The notes under the pieces: generated by a model
What the model saw: the letters and a program-made list of their open reading frames with translations, nothing else
Database searches by the model: none
What the model was told of the DNA's origin: nothing
Assembly (NCBI GenBank): GCA_963739305.1
Contig: CAVTZU010000001.1
Span: 11,371 to 75,370 of the forward strand
DNA from: Candidatus Bathyarchaeota archaeon
GTDB taxonomy: Archaea > Thermoproteota > Bathyarchaeia > Bathyarchaeales > Bathycorpusculaceae
DNA: 64,000 nt
Direction: 5' to 3'
Shown here: positions 29,066-38,058 of the stretch, piece by piece
How the letters are laid out: each line of letters begins with the position of its first letter
How positions within the stretch are numbered: the first letter of the stretch is position 1
Translations under genes and position numbers: made by a program

Positions 29066-29289
29066 GATTTCATCCTTCCGTTCGAGTACCTTATTCAAAA
29101 CTGATATTTAAAAGGTTAACGCGTAGCAAGAGAGAACCAGTTCAACGGAGTGTAAGTAGACCGAAGAAGAAAGGGAAGCTTCTTTTGGCAGAATTCCCTT
29201 CTCCTAGATGAATTTGCAATCTGATTTTTGCTTTCATAAGTGTTTAATTTCGTGAAATGGTCAGTTGTTGCTTGCAGGGTGAACGGAAT

Positions 29290-29511
29290 TTGAATGAACA
29301 GATCTATCAAGCTTGCAAGGAATTGATTGATGACGCCAAGAGTGGATGCGCAGATTTGGTTTTTAAAGAGATATGTCTTGAGATTCTATCGAGAGCGAGT
29401 CACGTTCTTACAAAACTTCAATTCAGGAGACTTGCCGCATACGCGGCCCAACGAATGCGGGAAGAGATGCCTCTCGAAGTGCGTGAACAGGAGCTGGCTT
29501 GGAACAGATAA
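29290..29511 (+). CDS. Small helical hypothetical protein
   Basis: TTG start MNEQIYQACKELIDDAK...; divergent from nitroreductase; coherent amphipathic helices. Confidence 0.6.
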   Translation: MNEQIYQACKELIDDAKSGCADLVFKEICLEILSRASHVLTKLQFRRLAAYAAQRMREEMPLEVREQELAWNR

Positions 29512-29599
29512 GCAATTTGTTTTCGAAACTTAAACCGTAGCGTGAGCCATTGCAGGGCACCTTCACCCTGCGCCACTTATTTTCTTGCCGAAGCATCTT

Positions 29600-30088
29600 T
29601 CAGCAGAGTTTGTAACCGATCTTTCTCAGAAACTCTTTGCGCTGTTTGATGTCGGGCTCTGTTTCGATGCCTTTGCTTGGTGAGCCATCTACCACGCCGA
29701 TTATGCCCCGGCCTTGATTGGTCTGAGCGATGATCACTTCAAGAGGGTTGGCCGTGGCAGCGTAGATCATGCAGACTTCAGGGACGTTTTTGACTTTATC
29801 GAGAACGTTTATTGGAAAAGCATTCTTGAGGAAAATTATGAAGCTGTGACCGCAGCTGATTTCAAAGGCTTTTTTCGCTGCCAACTGTCGCAATTCTTCA
29901 TCATTTCCTTCGTGTCTTACGAGGCATGGGCCAGAGCTTTCGCAAAAGCCGATGCCGAACCGTATGTTCGGAACAGCGTTCACCAATGCCTCGTGGATGT
30001 CCTCGACTGTTTTGATGAAATGAGCCATTCCTAAAACTATGTTTCCTCCTTCTGGAGCATCGATTCTAACTGTTTTGAACTCGAGCAT
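29600..30088 (-). CDS. Adenosine-specific kinase family (DUF355)
   Basis: [42 protein letters not shown]. Confidence 0.92.
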   Translation of the reverse strand: MLEFKTVRIDAPEGGNIVLGMAHFIKTVEDIHEALVNAVPNIRFGIGFCESSGPCLVRHEGNDEELRQLAAKKAFEISCGHSFIIFLKNAFPINVLDKVKNVPEVCMIYAATANPLEVIIAQTNQGRGIIGVVDGSPSKGIETEPDIKQRKEFLRKIGYKLC

Positions 30089-30134
30089 GATCGCCCCCCA
30101 TCTGCATTCGTCTAACCGCGAATTTAAGACTTCG

Positions 30135-31430
30135 TCATCTGCGTGCAGTTCTGGCGACTCTTAGTACGAATAGAATTGTGCCAACCAGCACTATGAAGGA
30201 CGAAATGTAGAAGACATTCACATAGGCGGCGTAAGATGATCTTCCATACACGTTGACCTGCAAGTCTGCAAGTGGTCCACCGATGAGGAATCCAGCGGGC
30301 CCCCAGCTCAAAGCCATGACGGTGTTGTATCTGCTTAGAAGTCTTCCTCTGCGATCTTTCGGGATAAGGTCGCCTGCAAACACCAGTCCTACTGTCTGGA
30401 TGGTCCAGAAGGACACCCCGTTTAGTCCGTAGACTAGAGCCATCAGAAATTCACTGGAAGCAAGAGGATAAAGCAAAGGTGTTATTATGGCAAAGCTTAG
30501 TCCCATCAGGAGAATTCTAATTCGCCCGAAGCGGTCTGAAAGCCGTCCTGCGGCTAGGCTTGCAACCATCCCGCCTACTGTCCACGCTGAAAGGACCAGA
30601 CTCATTTGAGAGTCGTTGAAGTTTAATCCTGAAGGCAGGTTTATGAAGAGAAGGAATATTTGGTTTATGCAGGCTGCTCCCAAGACGACGACAATCAAGG
30701 ACAACAGGAAAAACATGTACGTCTTCTGATTTCCAGGGCCGGGTTTGGGTTCACTCTTGCAGTTCTCATCAGTGAGCGATCTTTGTTGCGTCGTCACTTG
30801 ATTCTTTTTCATGGTACGAGAAGTAAATGCCATTATGGCTGCGCCAACCAACAGCAAGGCTGTTACGATGTAGAAGATTCTGCCACTTCTGAAACCTTCG
30901 CCTTCGGCGTATAACAAACCTGCGAACAGAATTCCGCCCATCCTTCCGAGGGAAGCAATGAAGTTCATTGCGCCTATGACTTTTCCTCGATTCGCTGGAG
31001 TCGTAACGTCGGTCAAGGTTGCTGCCCAGCCTACATCGGACATCGACCAGAAGAACTCGAGTATCGATAGCCCGAAAATTATTGCCAGACCAGCAAGGTA
31101 GTTTGTTCCAGCGTTCACCAAGGCCGTGTGCACTAGGAACACTATTATATAAGCAAATGCGGCGATCGTTTCTCCTGCAACTATCAAGGTTGTTCGGATC
31201 TTTCGTCTGTCACACAGTTTTCCCCATAGCAGATTCTGGCCCAGGGAAGAAAATATCATGTTGAGGGTTCCGAGAGCCGCGGTAGAGGTAACAGTGCCCA
31301 TCAAGGTGAAGAGGTAGTTGATCATGAATGTGTAAAATACGCCTCTTCTGAGAAACGTGAGAAACTCGAAAACGCTGAGGTTGAAGTATGTCTTCCTGAA
31401 GGATGTGTTTTCGGTTTCAGTGTTCTCCAA
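30135..31430 (-). CDS. MFS transporter
   Basis: About 12 TM helices; motif A GKLCDRR and GRLSDRFGR. Confidence 0.9.
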   Translation of the reverse strand: MENTETENTSFRKTYFNLSVFEFLTFLRRGVFYTFMINYLFTLMGTVTSTAALGTLNMIFSSLGQNLLWGKLCDRRKIRTTLIVAGETIAAFAYIIVFLVHTALVNAGTNYLAGLAIIFGLSILEFFWSMSDVGWAATLTDVTTPANRGKVIGAMNFIASLGRMGGILFAGLLYAEGEGFRSGRIFYIVTALLLVGAAIMAFTSRTMKKNQVTTQQRSLTDENCKSEPKPGPGNQKTYMFFLLSLIVVVLGAACINQIFLLFINLPSGLNFNDSQMSLVLSAWTVGGMVASLAAGRLSDRFGRIRILLMGLSFAIITPLLYPLASSEFLMALVYGLNGVSFWTIQTVGLVFAGDLIPKDRRGRLLSRYNTVMALSWGPAGFLIGGPLADLQVNVYGRSSYAAYVNVFYISSFIVLVGTILFVLRVARTARR

Positions 31431-31494
31431 AGAAACACTCTTGTCAGAGTTGATATTGATTTGGAAAAATGGATAACAGAGAATTAAAGGATTT

Positions 31495-32592
31495 CTAGAT
31501 CAGAAACTTCCCGTTCTTGTAGAACAGTTTGTCGTCTGCGTAGATTTCTCCGTCTTTCTTCATATCTTTGAGTATGTCCCAGTGGATTGCTGACTTGTTT
31601 TGAGCGAGAGATTCTGGATAGGAGTTGCCGAGTGCCATGTGGATTGTGCCGCCCATTTTTTCGTCAAACAGCATGTTCTTTGTGAACCTGTTTATTCCGT
31701 AGTTTGTTCCGATTGACGCCTCGCCCAGACGATCTGCGCCTTCCACCTTCAGTATTTGCTGGAGGAAATCGTCGCCCTTCGCTGCCGAGGCTTTGACAAC
31801 TCTGCCGTCTTTGAATGCGAGCTTGATGTCTTCAACTTCTCTACCTGCATAGATGCCTGGGTAGGTGAATCTTACTGTGCCGTTGACCGAGTTCTCTACA
31901 GGTCCTGTGAACACTTCTCCGTCTGGCATATTTTCTTTTCCGCTGCAGTTGATCCATTTCCTTCCTTGAACGTTGAACGTCAGATCTGTATCTTCGCCTA
32001 GGACGTGGATTTCTTTGGCTTGGTTCAAGAAGTCGCACGTCTTCTGCTGCTGTTGACTGACGCGTTTCCATTCAGCGATCGGGTCTTCTCTGTCCACTAG
32101 ACAGCTGCTGTACACGAAATTCTCGTACTCTTCCAAGGCCATTGAGGCCTCTTGAGCCTCTGCGTTTATCGGAAACGGTAAACCTGTCCATCTGAGCTTG
32201 CCCTCCCCCACTCGTTTCATAAAGATTTCCATTAGTTCTCGTCTGGCAGCCGCGCGAGTCCTCATCTTCACTGGGTCGACAGTTGACAGCCCTTTGGGGC
32301 TCGGTTCACAGAATATTCCTATGTTGACGTCAGCGTTCTCAGCAACGAATTTTATAACCGGCGAGACGAACGTGAGCTGGTGTTCCTTCGCGTACTTGTA
32401 GAAAGTGTATTCGGTGTCGAGGTTTGCGAGAACAAGCGGATGAGCATCGCTCAGCAAGCATTCTTTGTAGATTTCATTGATCAATGGATACGCAGCAGAA
32501 GTTCCCTGTATGATTACTTGCTCGTTAGGTTTCACGTTTACGCTGTAGTGGACGCAGAGTTGTGCGAGTTTTTCGATTCGTTGGTCGACCAT
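31495..32592 (-). CDS. M29 aminopeptidase (AmpS/T-like)
   Basis: NMPDGEVFT, GEASIG, FDEKMGGTIH.ALG, SAIHWD; true start likely MVDQRIEK (32592). Confidence 0.93.
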   Translation of the reverse strand: MVDQRIEKLAQLCVHYSVNVKPNEQVIIQGTSAAYPLINEIYKECLLSDAHPLVLANLDTEYTFYKYAKEHQLTFVSPVIKFVAENADVNIGIFCEPSPKGLSTVDPVKMRTRAAARRELMEIFMKRVGEGKLRWTGLPFPINAEAQEASMALEEYENFVYSSCLVDREDPIAEWKRVSQQQQKTCDFLNQAKEIHVLGEDTDLTFNVQGRKWINCSGKENMPDGEVFTGPVENSVNGTVRFTYPGIYAGREVEDIKLAFKDGRVVKASAAKGDDFLQQILKVEGADRLGEASIGTNYGINRFTKNMLFDEKMGGTIHMALGNSYPESLAQNKSAIHWDILKDMKKDGEIYADDKLFYKNGKFLI

Positions 32593-32847
32593 CTGTTTCA
32601 CCGTTGAGAAACATGGTAGTAGATTTATCTGGCTAAAAACCTTGCTGTCCTCTACAGGTCCAGCTGTACCAAAAAAGTTGAGTTGTTGCAGGTTTTCCGG
32701 CGTGAGAATCTGGGGAAATTTGTCGAGAAAGCGGATTACCGTCATCTTTTTGGTGACGACAAGTTTTATAAGACACGTTAGCTTGATCTGTGCTTCGTGC
32801 AAGAAGCGATTTTTGCACAAATCGATCAAAGGAGTTGAAATAGTAAG

Positions 32848-32988
32848 ATGGCAGAGAAAGAAATGCACAAGGCAGTTTGCGCTGAATGCGGAAAGGAATG
32901 TGAAGTCCCCTTCAAGCCTGACCCGAGCAGACCTGTTTACTGCCGAGAGTGCTGGTCCAAGAAAAGAACCACAAGAAGAAGATTCTAG
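32848..32988 (+). CDS. CxxC-x17-CxxC zinc-ribbon micro-protein (46 aa, absent from ORF track)
   Basis: MAEKEMHKAVCAECGKECEVPFKPDPSRPVYCRECWSKKRTTRRRF*; AAGGAG upstream, T-run downstream. Confidence 0.9.
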   Translation: MAEKEMHKAVCAECGKECEVPFKPDPSRPVYCRECWSKKRTTRRRF

Positions 32989-33021
32989 ACATAGCTGACG
33001 ATCGCGACCAGAGTCTGATTA

Positions 33022-33034
33022 TTCTTTTTTTCTT
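33022..33034 (+). terminator. Oligo-T terminator of the zinc-ribbon gene
   Basis: TTCTTTTTTTCTT about 35 nt after the stop codon. Confidence 0.45.
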
Positions 33035-33163
33035 ACATTATTCTGCTTCATTCTTTGAGATCATTTGATTTTGAAATGCAGCAATATACGTTGGAAACAC
33101 GCTGTTAGCTTACCGAAAGCTCTAAATCCCGTACAGTCGGTTGTTTTGTGAAAAGAACCAAGC

Positions 33164-33237
33164 GGGCCGGTAGTTCAGTTGGTATGAACGCCTGACTTGC
33201 ACTCAGGAGGTCTGGGGTTCAAATCCCCATCGGTCCA
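33164..33237 (+). tRNA. tRNA-Ala(TGC), intron-less, CCA not encoded; integration target
   Basis: GGGCCGG/TCGGTCC acceptor with G3:U70, A73; CCTGA-CTTGCAC-TCAGG; TGGGG-TTCAAAT-CCCCA. Confidence 0.96.
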
Positions 33238-33253
33238 CTCCATTCTAGAAATA
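33196..33253 (+). repeat. attL (tRNA 3' half + 16 nt)
   Basis: CTTGCACTCAGGAGGTCTGGGGTTCAAATCCCCATCGGTCCACTCCATTCTAGAAATA. Confidence 0.93.
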
Positions 33254-33450
33254 GGGGTCAAATTGAGCAATTTTATTCCCATGTTTTGATTCCCATTGAT
33301 TCCCAGAGCACCAATGCAATCTGTGCTAACTTTGTGAATTGAGTATTCTCTCTGATTCCCATTTTACCCTAGATAGTGCTTGACTCTGTAGCTGTTGCCT
33401 CTTTGCTCCATGAAGCCTTCAACACCACATACAGGGCATTTGACTTTCAA
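33196..33450 (-). pseudogene. int(N): N-terminal integrase fragment with CPxC motif and premature TAA
   Basis: GGTGA SD, TTG 33450: MKVKCPVCGVEGFMEQRGNSYRVKHYLG*NGNQREYSIHK...ISRMEWTDGDLNPRPPECK; same att reading frame as int(C); TAA at 33364-33366. Confidence 0.75.
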
Positions 33451-33567
33451 CTTTTCACCAATCTTGAAAGGCTCTCACAGGGCACATGATAAAAAGAGAT
33501 TGGTCAAAAGACAAGTATAGGCTCTAGAGAGTAGAGTTCAAATGAAATATGGCTTGGAATATGACAA

Positions 33568-34302
33568 CTAGCCAGAACTAGTGTCTGAAATCCGAGTTTG
33601 CCTATCACTCAAACCCTTCAATTGAACTATTACATTAATGCAAGATATGATCAGGAGAGGAGAAGCAAGAACTATTGCGTTACTTAGTACAGAGAAGTAA
33701 AATGGCAAGAACGCAAATACTAGGAAACCAGGAAACGAGGGCTGAGTTGCTAGAGCTACATAACCAACAACTATGAATAGGGCATAGGCAAAGATGGCAG
33801 CCAAGCTGCAGGTTCTGGAAAGACCTAATCTGATTTTCTTTTCTTCATTCATTTTCTTCAATCCGTTGGCTTCATAGACAGTGGAATAGCCCCATACTAA
33901 ACAAGTTTCAACTGCCCATAGCAGAGGACTAAAAGGAGATAACAAGAAGTACAGCCCTCCCCCAAAGCCTGCCAGAAAAAATACAAAGAATGGCAATGGA
34001 AGAATAAAAAAGAGGTTTATCTTCCACGACAAGCTCAGTTTGTCTGCTATTGTCTTCTGTCCGAGCTGGTTCCAACCTTCAACTCTCTTGTGAGCACCAT
34101 ACACCCAAAAAAACAAAATCACAAAGGGAAAGATGTATTCTAGGAAGACGAAGAAGTTATAGGAGGCAGGCAATGCAAATGCATAGGAGAAACGAAATCC
34201 AGTTCCAATGAGCAGAAGAAGACAAAGGCTTAAAAGAGAAAAAATGAAGCCAGTTCTCAGAGCCTCAAAGCTGGCTGTTCCAGGATTTCCTTCACGAGTC
34301 AT
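33568..34302 (-). CDS. Multi-pass membrane protein (element cargo)
   Basis: About 6 hydrophobic F/L-rich segments; no recognised motif. Confidence 0.7.
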   Translation of the reverse strand: MTREGNPGTASFEALRTGFIFSLLSLCLLLLIGTGFRFSYAFALPASYNFFVFLEYIFPFVILFFWVYGAHKRVEGWNQLGQKTIADKLSLSWKINLFFILPLPFFVFFLAGFGGGLYFLLSPFSPLLWAVETCLVWGYSTVYEANGLKKMNEEKKIRLGLSRTCSLAAIFAYALFIVVGYVALATQPSFPGFLVFAFLPFYFSVLSNAIVLASPLLIISCINVIVQLKGLSDRQTRISDTSSG

Positions 34303-34397
34303 CTATTCTCATTATAGACTCTCTTCTACTTCAACAAAAGCCCTGCACTATTGTTAGAACTTGTGGAAGAATCAGAAATAGTAAAAGAAATTCTTAC

Positions 34398-34622
34398 ACA
34401 ATAGAATATCAAAGAACCAAAGATATACTATACGTTGGAAACATTCTAGGACAAGTCAACATTCGAAACACTCTAGTCTACACTCACCTAGTCAACTATT
34501 GCTCTGAAGAATTCTTCTGCAAAGTAGCCACATCAATAGATGAAGCCAAATCTCTCATTGAACAGGGCTTTGAGTACGTCACAGAAATAGATGGTGTAAA
34601 GCTGTTCAGGAAACGAAAATAA
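34398..34622 (+). pseudogene. C-terminal fragment of an XerC/D-type tyrosine recombinase
   Basis: TIEYQRTKDILYVGNILGQVNIRNTLVYTHL...EAKSLIEQGFEYVTEIDGVKLFRKRK*; no start codon; catalytic LGH replaced by LGQ. Confidence 0.75.
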
Positions 34623-34678
34623 GCAAAGTTTCCTTCCCTTCTTTTTCTGTTCTGAAAATTGCTAAAGGCTCTAAGGGC

Positions 34679-36058
34679 TCAGGTTGAATGTCTTCTCTTG
34701 TAGACTATGACTGCTAGTGATGCTGCTATCATGAATAATGGAACTAAGAAGGATGGAAACTCTGGAAACACTTCTATTATTGAGCCAGAGACTGGATGAA
34801 CATATGTGAAGTACACAGTAGTGTATGTGCCATTTGATCCAACAATTCTGCTACTACTGGTGAAAGTGCCATTTATCAAAACCTGATAGTATGAAGCGTT
34901 GATTATGTCGTTTGGAAAGGTAATTCTGCAGAAACCAGTAGTTCCTTCCAAACCAGTAACTCCAGTGAGCTCTAGAAACCATCCATAGTCTGTAGGCTCA
35001 AAAGCCTGCGAGACATTCACATTTCCAATTGTTGAATTGCTGATTACTTCTATTTCTTCAAGCCTAGAGAATGGAGGCGTGTTTGCATGTACAATAAAAC
35101 TCTGAAATGTACCCATCAAGGGATAGTGGTCTGTGTTGTTTGCATCAATGACATACGGTGTATCGCCTATTCCATCCTGATTGCTGTCTGTGCCATTGTA
35201 GTCACTCCAATAGTTGCCTTCCAAATAGTTGTCAAAGTAGTTGCTTCCTGGAGATGAAAATAAGTACACTTGACCTTCCCAGTTGTTGATGAAATTGTTG
35301 TGGTACATCGAGTTGTAGTAAGACCTGTCCATCATGATACTCCAGACTGTGTCGTTGATCATGTTGTCAATCATAACATTGTTATATGCTTCAGAAAGTT
35401 CAATCCCACAAATTCCTTCAGACATTACATTTGAATATATCTCGTTGTAAGAGCTGTAAAACAATCCAATACGTTCCTGATGGCCTCCTTCAATTCTGTT
35501 TCCTATCACTTTATTTTCTGTTGAATCATTGAGTACGCAATTTACCCAATTATTGATCATAACGTTGTTTTCAATGGTGTTCTTTCTTGAAAAAGAATCC
35601 AGAAATACAGTGGTGCCATTGTTGTTTTGGAGGATGTTGTTAGCTACTACGTTGTTTGAACTGTTAACGTAGATTGCACTGTTCTCATGGTATGGGAAAA
35701 ACCCTCCTCCCTGAATTGTGAAATTGCCTACGCTTGTATTGTCTACCATGACAACGATGACTTTCTCAGTTCCATTTCCATCAATGATTGTGGTCTCCTT
35801 GTCTTGTCCAGTAAGATGTAGGGATTTGTTCAAGATGATCGTTCCATAATAGGTTCCAGCATCAACAAGTATTGTATGCCCATTCAAAGTTTCACTGGCA
35901 TCTATTGACTCTTGGATAGTGCTATAATTCAACCCAGTGTTGAGGTTATGAACGTGGTAGCCATCAGAAGCTCTCACACTGTTTTGTTGAAATCTTGGAT
36001 ACTGCAGACAAACAAGAAGAAGCAGAAAAGCAAGAATGAGAACTAACCTTCTGCTCAA
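34679..36058 (-). CDS. Secreted parallel beta-helix (NosD/pectin-lyase-like) surface protein with PEF-CTERM-like anchor
   Basis: Signal peptide; VHNLNTG.NY.TIQ.AID, Asn ladders, GNYWSDY.G.D...DGIGDTPY...D.YPL; C-terminal PEF + TM helix + KRRH. Confidence 0.88.
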   Translation of the reverse strand: MSRRLVLILAFLLLLVCLQYPRFQQNSVRASDGYHVHNLNTGLNYSTIQESIDASETLNGHTILVDAGTYYGTIILNKSLHLTGQDKETTIIDGNGTEKVIVVMVDNTSVGNFTIQGGGFFPYHENSAIYVNSSNNVVANNILQNNNGTTVFLDSFSRKNTIENNVMINNWVNCVLNDSTENKVIGNRIEGGHQERIGLFYSSYNEIYSNVMSEGICGIELSEAYNNVMIDNMINDTVWSIMMDRSYYNSMYHNNFINNWEGQVYLFSSPGSNYFDNYLEGNYWSDYNGTDSNQDGIGDTPYVIDANNTDHYPLMGTFQSFIVHANTPPFSRLEEIEVISNSTIGNVNVSQAFEPTDYGWFLELTGVTGLEGTTGFCRITFPNDIINASYYQVLINGTFTSSSRIVGSNGTYTTVYFTYVHPVSGSIIEVFPEFPSFLVPLFMIAASLAVIVYKRRHST

Positions 36059-36159
36059 GGTACACCATTAATCATACTGGTCATATCAGTAATTATGACT
36101 TATGGAGAAATCCTTCTGTTCATGTGCACAATATATGTAGCCTTATCAAAGCCTGAGAC

Positions 36160-36351
36160 TCAATCAAGAGTATTTAGTTCTTCTAGCAAGAGGTACACCC
36201 CAATCAGCAGGAACATCAAACTGGAGATTGCCATGAATGCAGACAAGTTACTCCACTCATTGAATACAGAATACACTTCATAAGTCAGATAGAATTCAAG
36301 AATACTAAGAATTATCATGAAAACACTAAACACAGTCTTGGCTATGCTCAT
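36160..36351 (-). CDS. Small two-TM membrane protein
   Basis: MSIAKTVFSVFMIIL...; GGTGA SD upstream; two hydrophobic helices. Confidence 0.6.
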   Translation of the reverse strand: MSIAKTVFSVFMIILSILEFYLTYEVYSVFNEWSNLSAFMAISSLMFLLIGVYLLLEELNTLD

Positions 36352-36477
36352 CTTCAGGTCACCAACCATTTGAAGATAGTTACGAGGCAAGTGGTTAATT
36401 TGCTTGAGGGTCTTCAGAATTCTCTTATTTCAGAACCTTTCTTTCTAAGGACCCTCTGGAAGTTTTTCATCGTAGTT

Positions 36478-37452
36478 CTAATTGCTGGTTTCACAGGGTT
36501 TGGTTGTTGTTTGGTTTGTTGAGAGTGTTTCAATTAGTTCTTTTTGTGTGGGTTCTATTGCTTTGATTACCTTTGTTTTTGTGTCTTCTAGTAGGGGTCT
36601 GTAGTAGAATTTCATGAAGATTGTTTGGCTTACTCTTCCTTGGAGCAGATCTATGAGTTCTTGCGGTAGAGTTGTTCTCAGTTTTGTTGCAAAGAGTTTT
36701 CTTAACTGTTTTGTTTGGGTGTCGAAGCCTTCTCTGCCAAGCTTTGTGTCAATGGCACTGTACTGGATTCTTGGTTTTGTTTCTTGTACTAGGGCTAGAA
36801 GCTGAGGAGTGATGATTGAGATGTAGGCGTTCTTTGATCTTCTGAGAAACAAGTCTGGAAACCTGAAGTGCTGGAGCATCATCAAGTCCCTGTCAAGATA
36901 CCCGTCTAGCATGTTCTTTTCTGAGAGTTCAGTGATTAAGCTGCATGAAACAGCTGCTTCAGTAGGTCTCAGACCAGTCAAGACAGTGAAGACAAGCACT
37001 GTTGAATATTCTCTTGGAAGCTTCTGAATGACCTTTTTCAGCCACTGTTCTGATTCTTCAAGGTTACTGTTGAGAATACTTAGGAAAATCTCTAAGCCAG
37101 TGGTGTTTTCCCATTTCAACCCATAGTTTCTGATGATCTGTTTCCATCCATCATAGATTCCCAAGTATTTGGACAGATTGCTAAGTGAGGACATCACCAT
37201 TCTTCTCATGTCTTTGCTGAGCATTGGAAGCTGAGAAGCAAAACTAGGGTTCTCTAGTATGACAGAGTATCTTTTTGCATATCTCAGAATCTCTTTCACA
37301 TGTTTCCTTCTGTGAGTATTGATTAGCCAAGATGCAAAGTTCTCCCATTGAACATCTTTAATCCTCTTGCACTCAGGAGGTCTGGGGTTCAAATCCCCAT
37401 CGGGCCACTCCATTCTAGAAATAAGGCTTGCGTTAGGCTCATTTACTTGCAT
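36478..37452 (-). CDS. int(C): SSV1-type tyrosine integrase catalytic moiety, read through attR
   Basis: att translated as RMEWPDGDLNPRPPECK; catalytic pattern GLRPTEA (R), KQLRK (KxxR), LLQGR (R), FYYRP (Y). Confidence 0.92.
   Translation of the reverse strand: MQVNEPNASLISRMEWPDGDLNPRPPECKRIKDVQWENFASWLINTHRRKHVKEILRYAKRYSVILENPSFASQLPMLSKDMRRMVMSSLSNLSKYLGIYDGWKQIIRNYGLKWENTTGLEIFLSILNSNLEESEQWLKKVIQKLPREYSTVLVFTVLTGLRPTEAAVSCSLITELSEKNMLDGYLDRDLMMLQHFRFPDLFLRRSKNAYISIITPQLLALVQETKPRIQYSAIDTKLGREGFDTQTKQLRKLFATKLRTTLPQELIDLLQGRVSQTIFMKFYYRPLLEDTKTKVIKAIEPTQKELIETLSTNQTTTKPCETSN
37366..37423 (+). repeat. attR (one mismatch to attL: T33234 vs G37404)
   Basis: 57 of 58 nt identical to 33196-33253. 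Confidence 0.93.
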
Positions 37453-37622
37453 TGCTTTACTTGCAAGCGGGCGCTAGCCTACATTCATCAAAGCTGTTGC
37501 CGGTAATGTTGATTTTTGAGGAACTATCCTGGAACTGTCTGGCATTGTTTTGTGTCATCGTGTCTGATTGTACCAAGGAACAGAATTATTAGTTGCAGTT
37601 GTCATAGTTGCTAAAGGTGTAT

Positions 37623-37967
37623 ATGAGAAAGAAGCCTGCTCTAATTGCTCTGGTAATTCTTGCGCTTGGTCTGGTTGGAACAGGGCTTTCAGCATTTTAT
37701 ATGCAGAATGAATACTCTGCGGATATAACAGTAAGCAAATTCACGGTCAAAATATCTCATGGTTTTCCACTCGGTTGGTATGGACATTCAGACACATGAG
37801 GAGGCATTCCCTTTTCTATGACAAATTGGTTCTCATTAGAATCACTTCTACTGGATGCTGCATTCTGGATTGCCATCACTTTCTTTGTAAGTATTGCTAC
37901 AATGAAATTAGTGAACATATTACACAAGACAAGAGCTTCAAAGAATCTGTCTGTTATTAACATATAG
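37623..37967 (+). pseudogene. Membrane protein interrupted by in-frame TGA
   Basis: MRKKPALIALV...GFPLGWYGHSDT*GGIPFSMTNWFSLESLLLDAAFWIAITFF...*; frame continues through TGA 37797-37799 into a second TM helix. Confidence 0.6.
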
Positions 37968-38058
37968 AGCTAGAATTGAGCTTCTTTTCTATCTGAAGTT
38001 CTATTTATAGCCAATGATGCAGTCTTTAATACTAATTCCACTAGATTTGATTTCTTGA

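Larger units (their letters stand above)
33196..37423. mobile_element. ~4.2-kb integrated element with split SSV-type integrase, inserted in tRNA-Ala(TGC)
   Basis: 58-bp direct repeats at both ends; int(C) reads inward from attR and int(N) reads into attL; AT-rich, CpG-poor cargo; no replication gene recognised. Confidence 0.9.

Noticed and set aside
37797-37799. In-frame TGA as selenocysteine or recoding
   Set aside because: Lies in a membrane-protein loop within a decaying island with other lesions; no redox motif or SECIS seen
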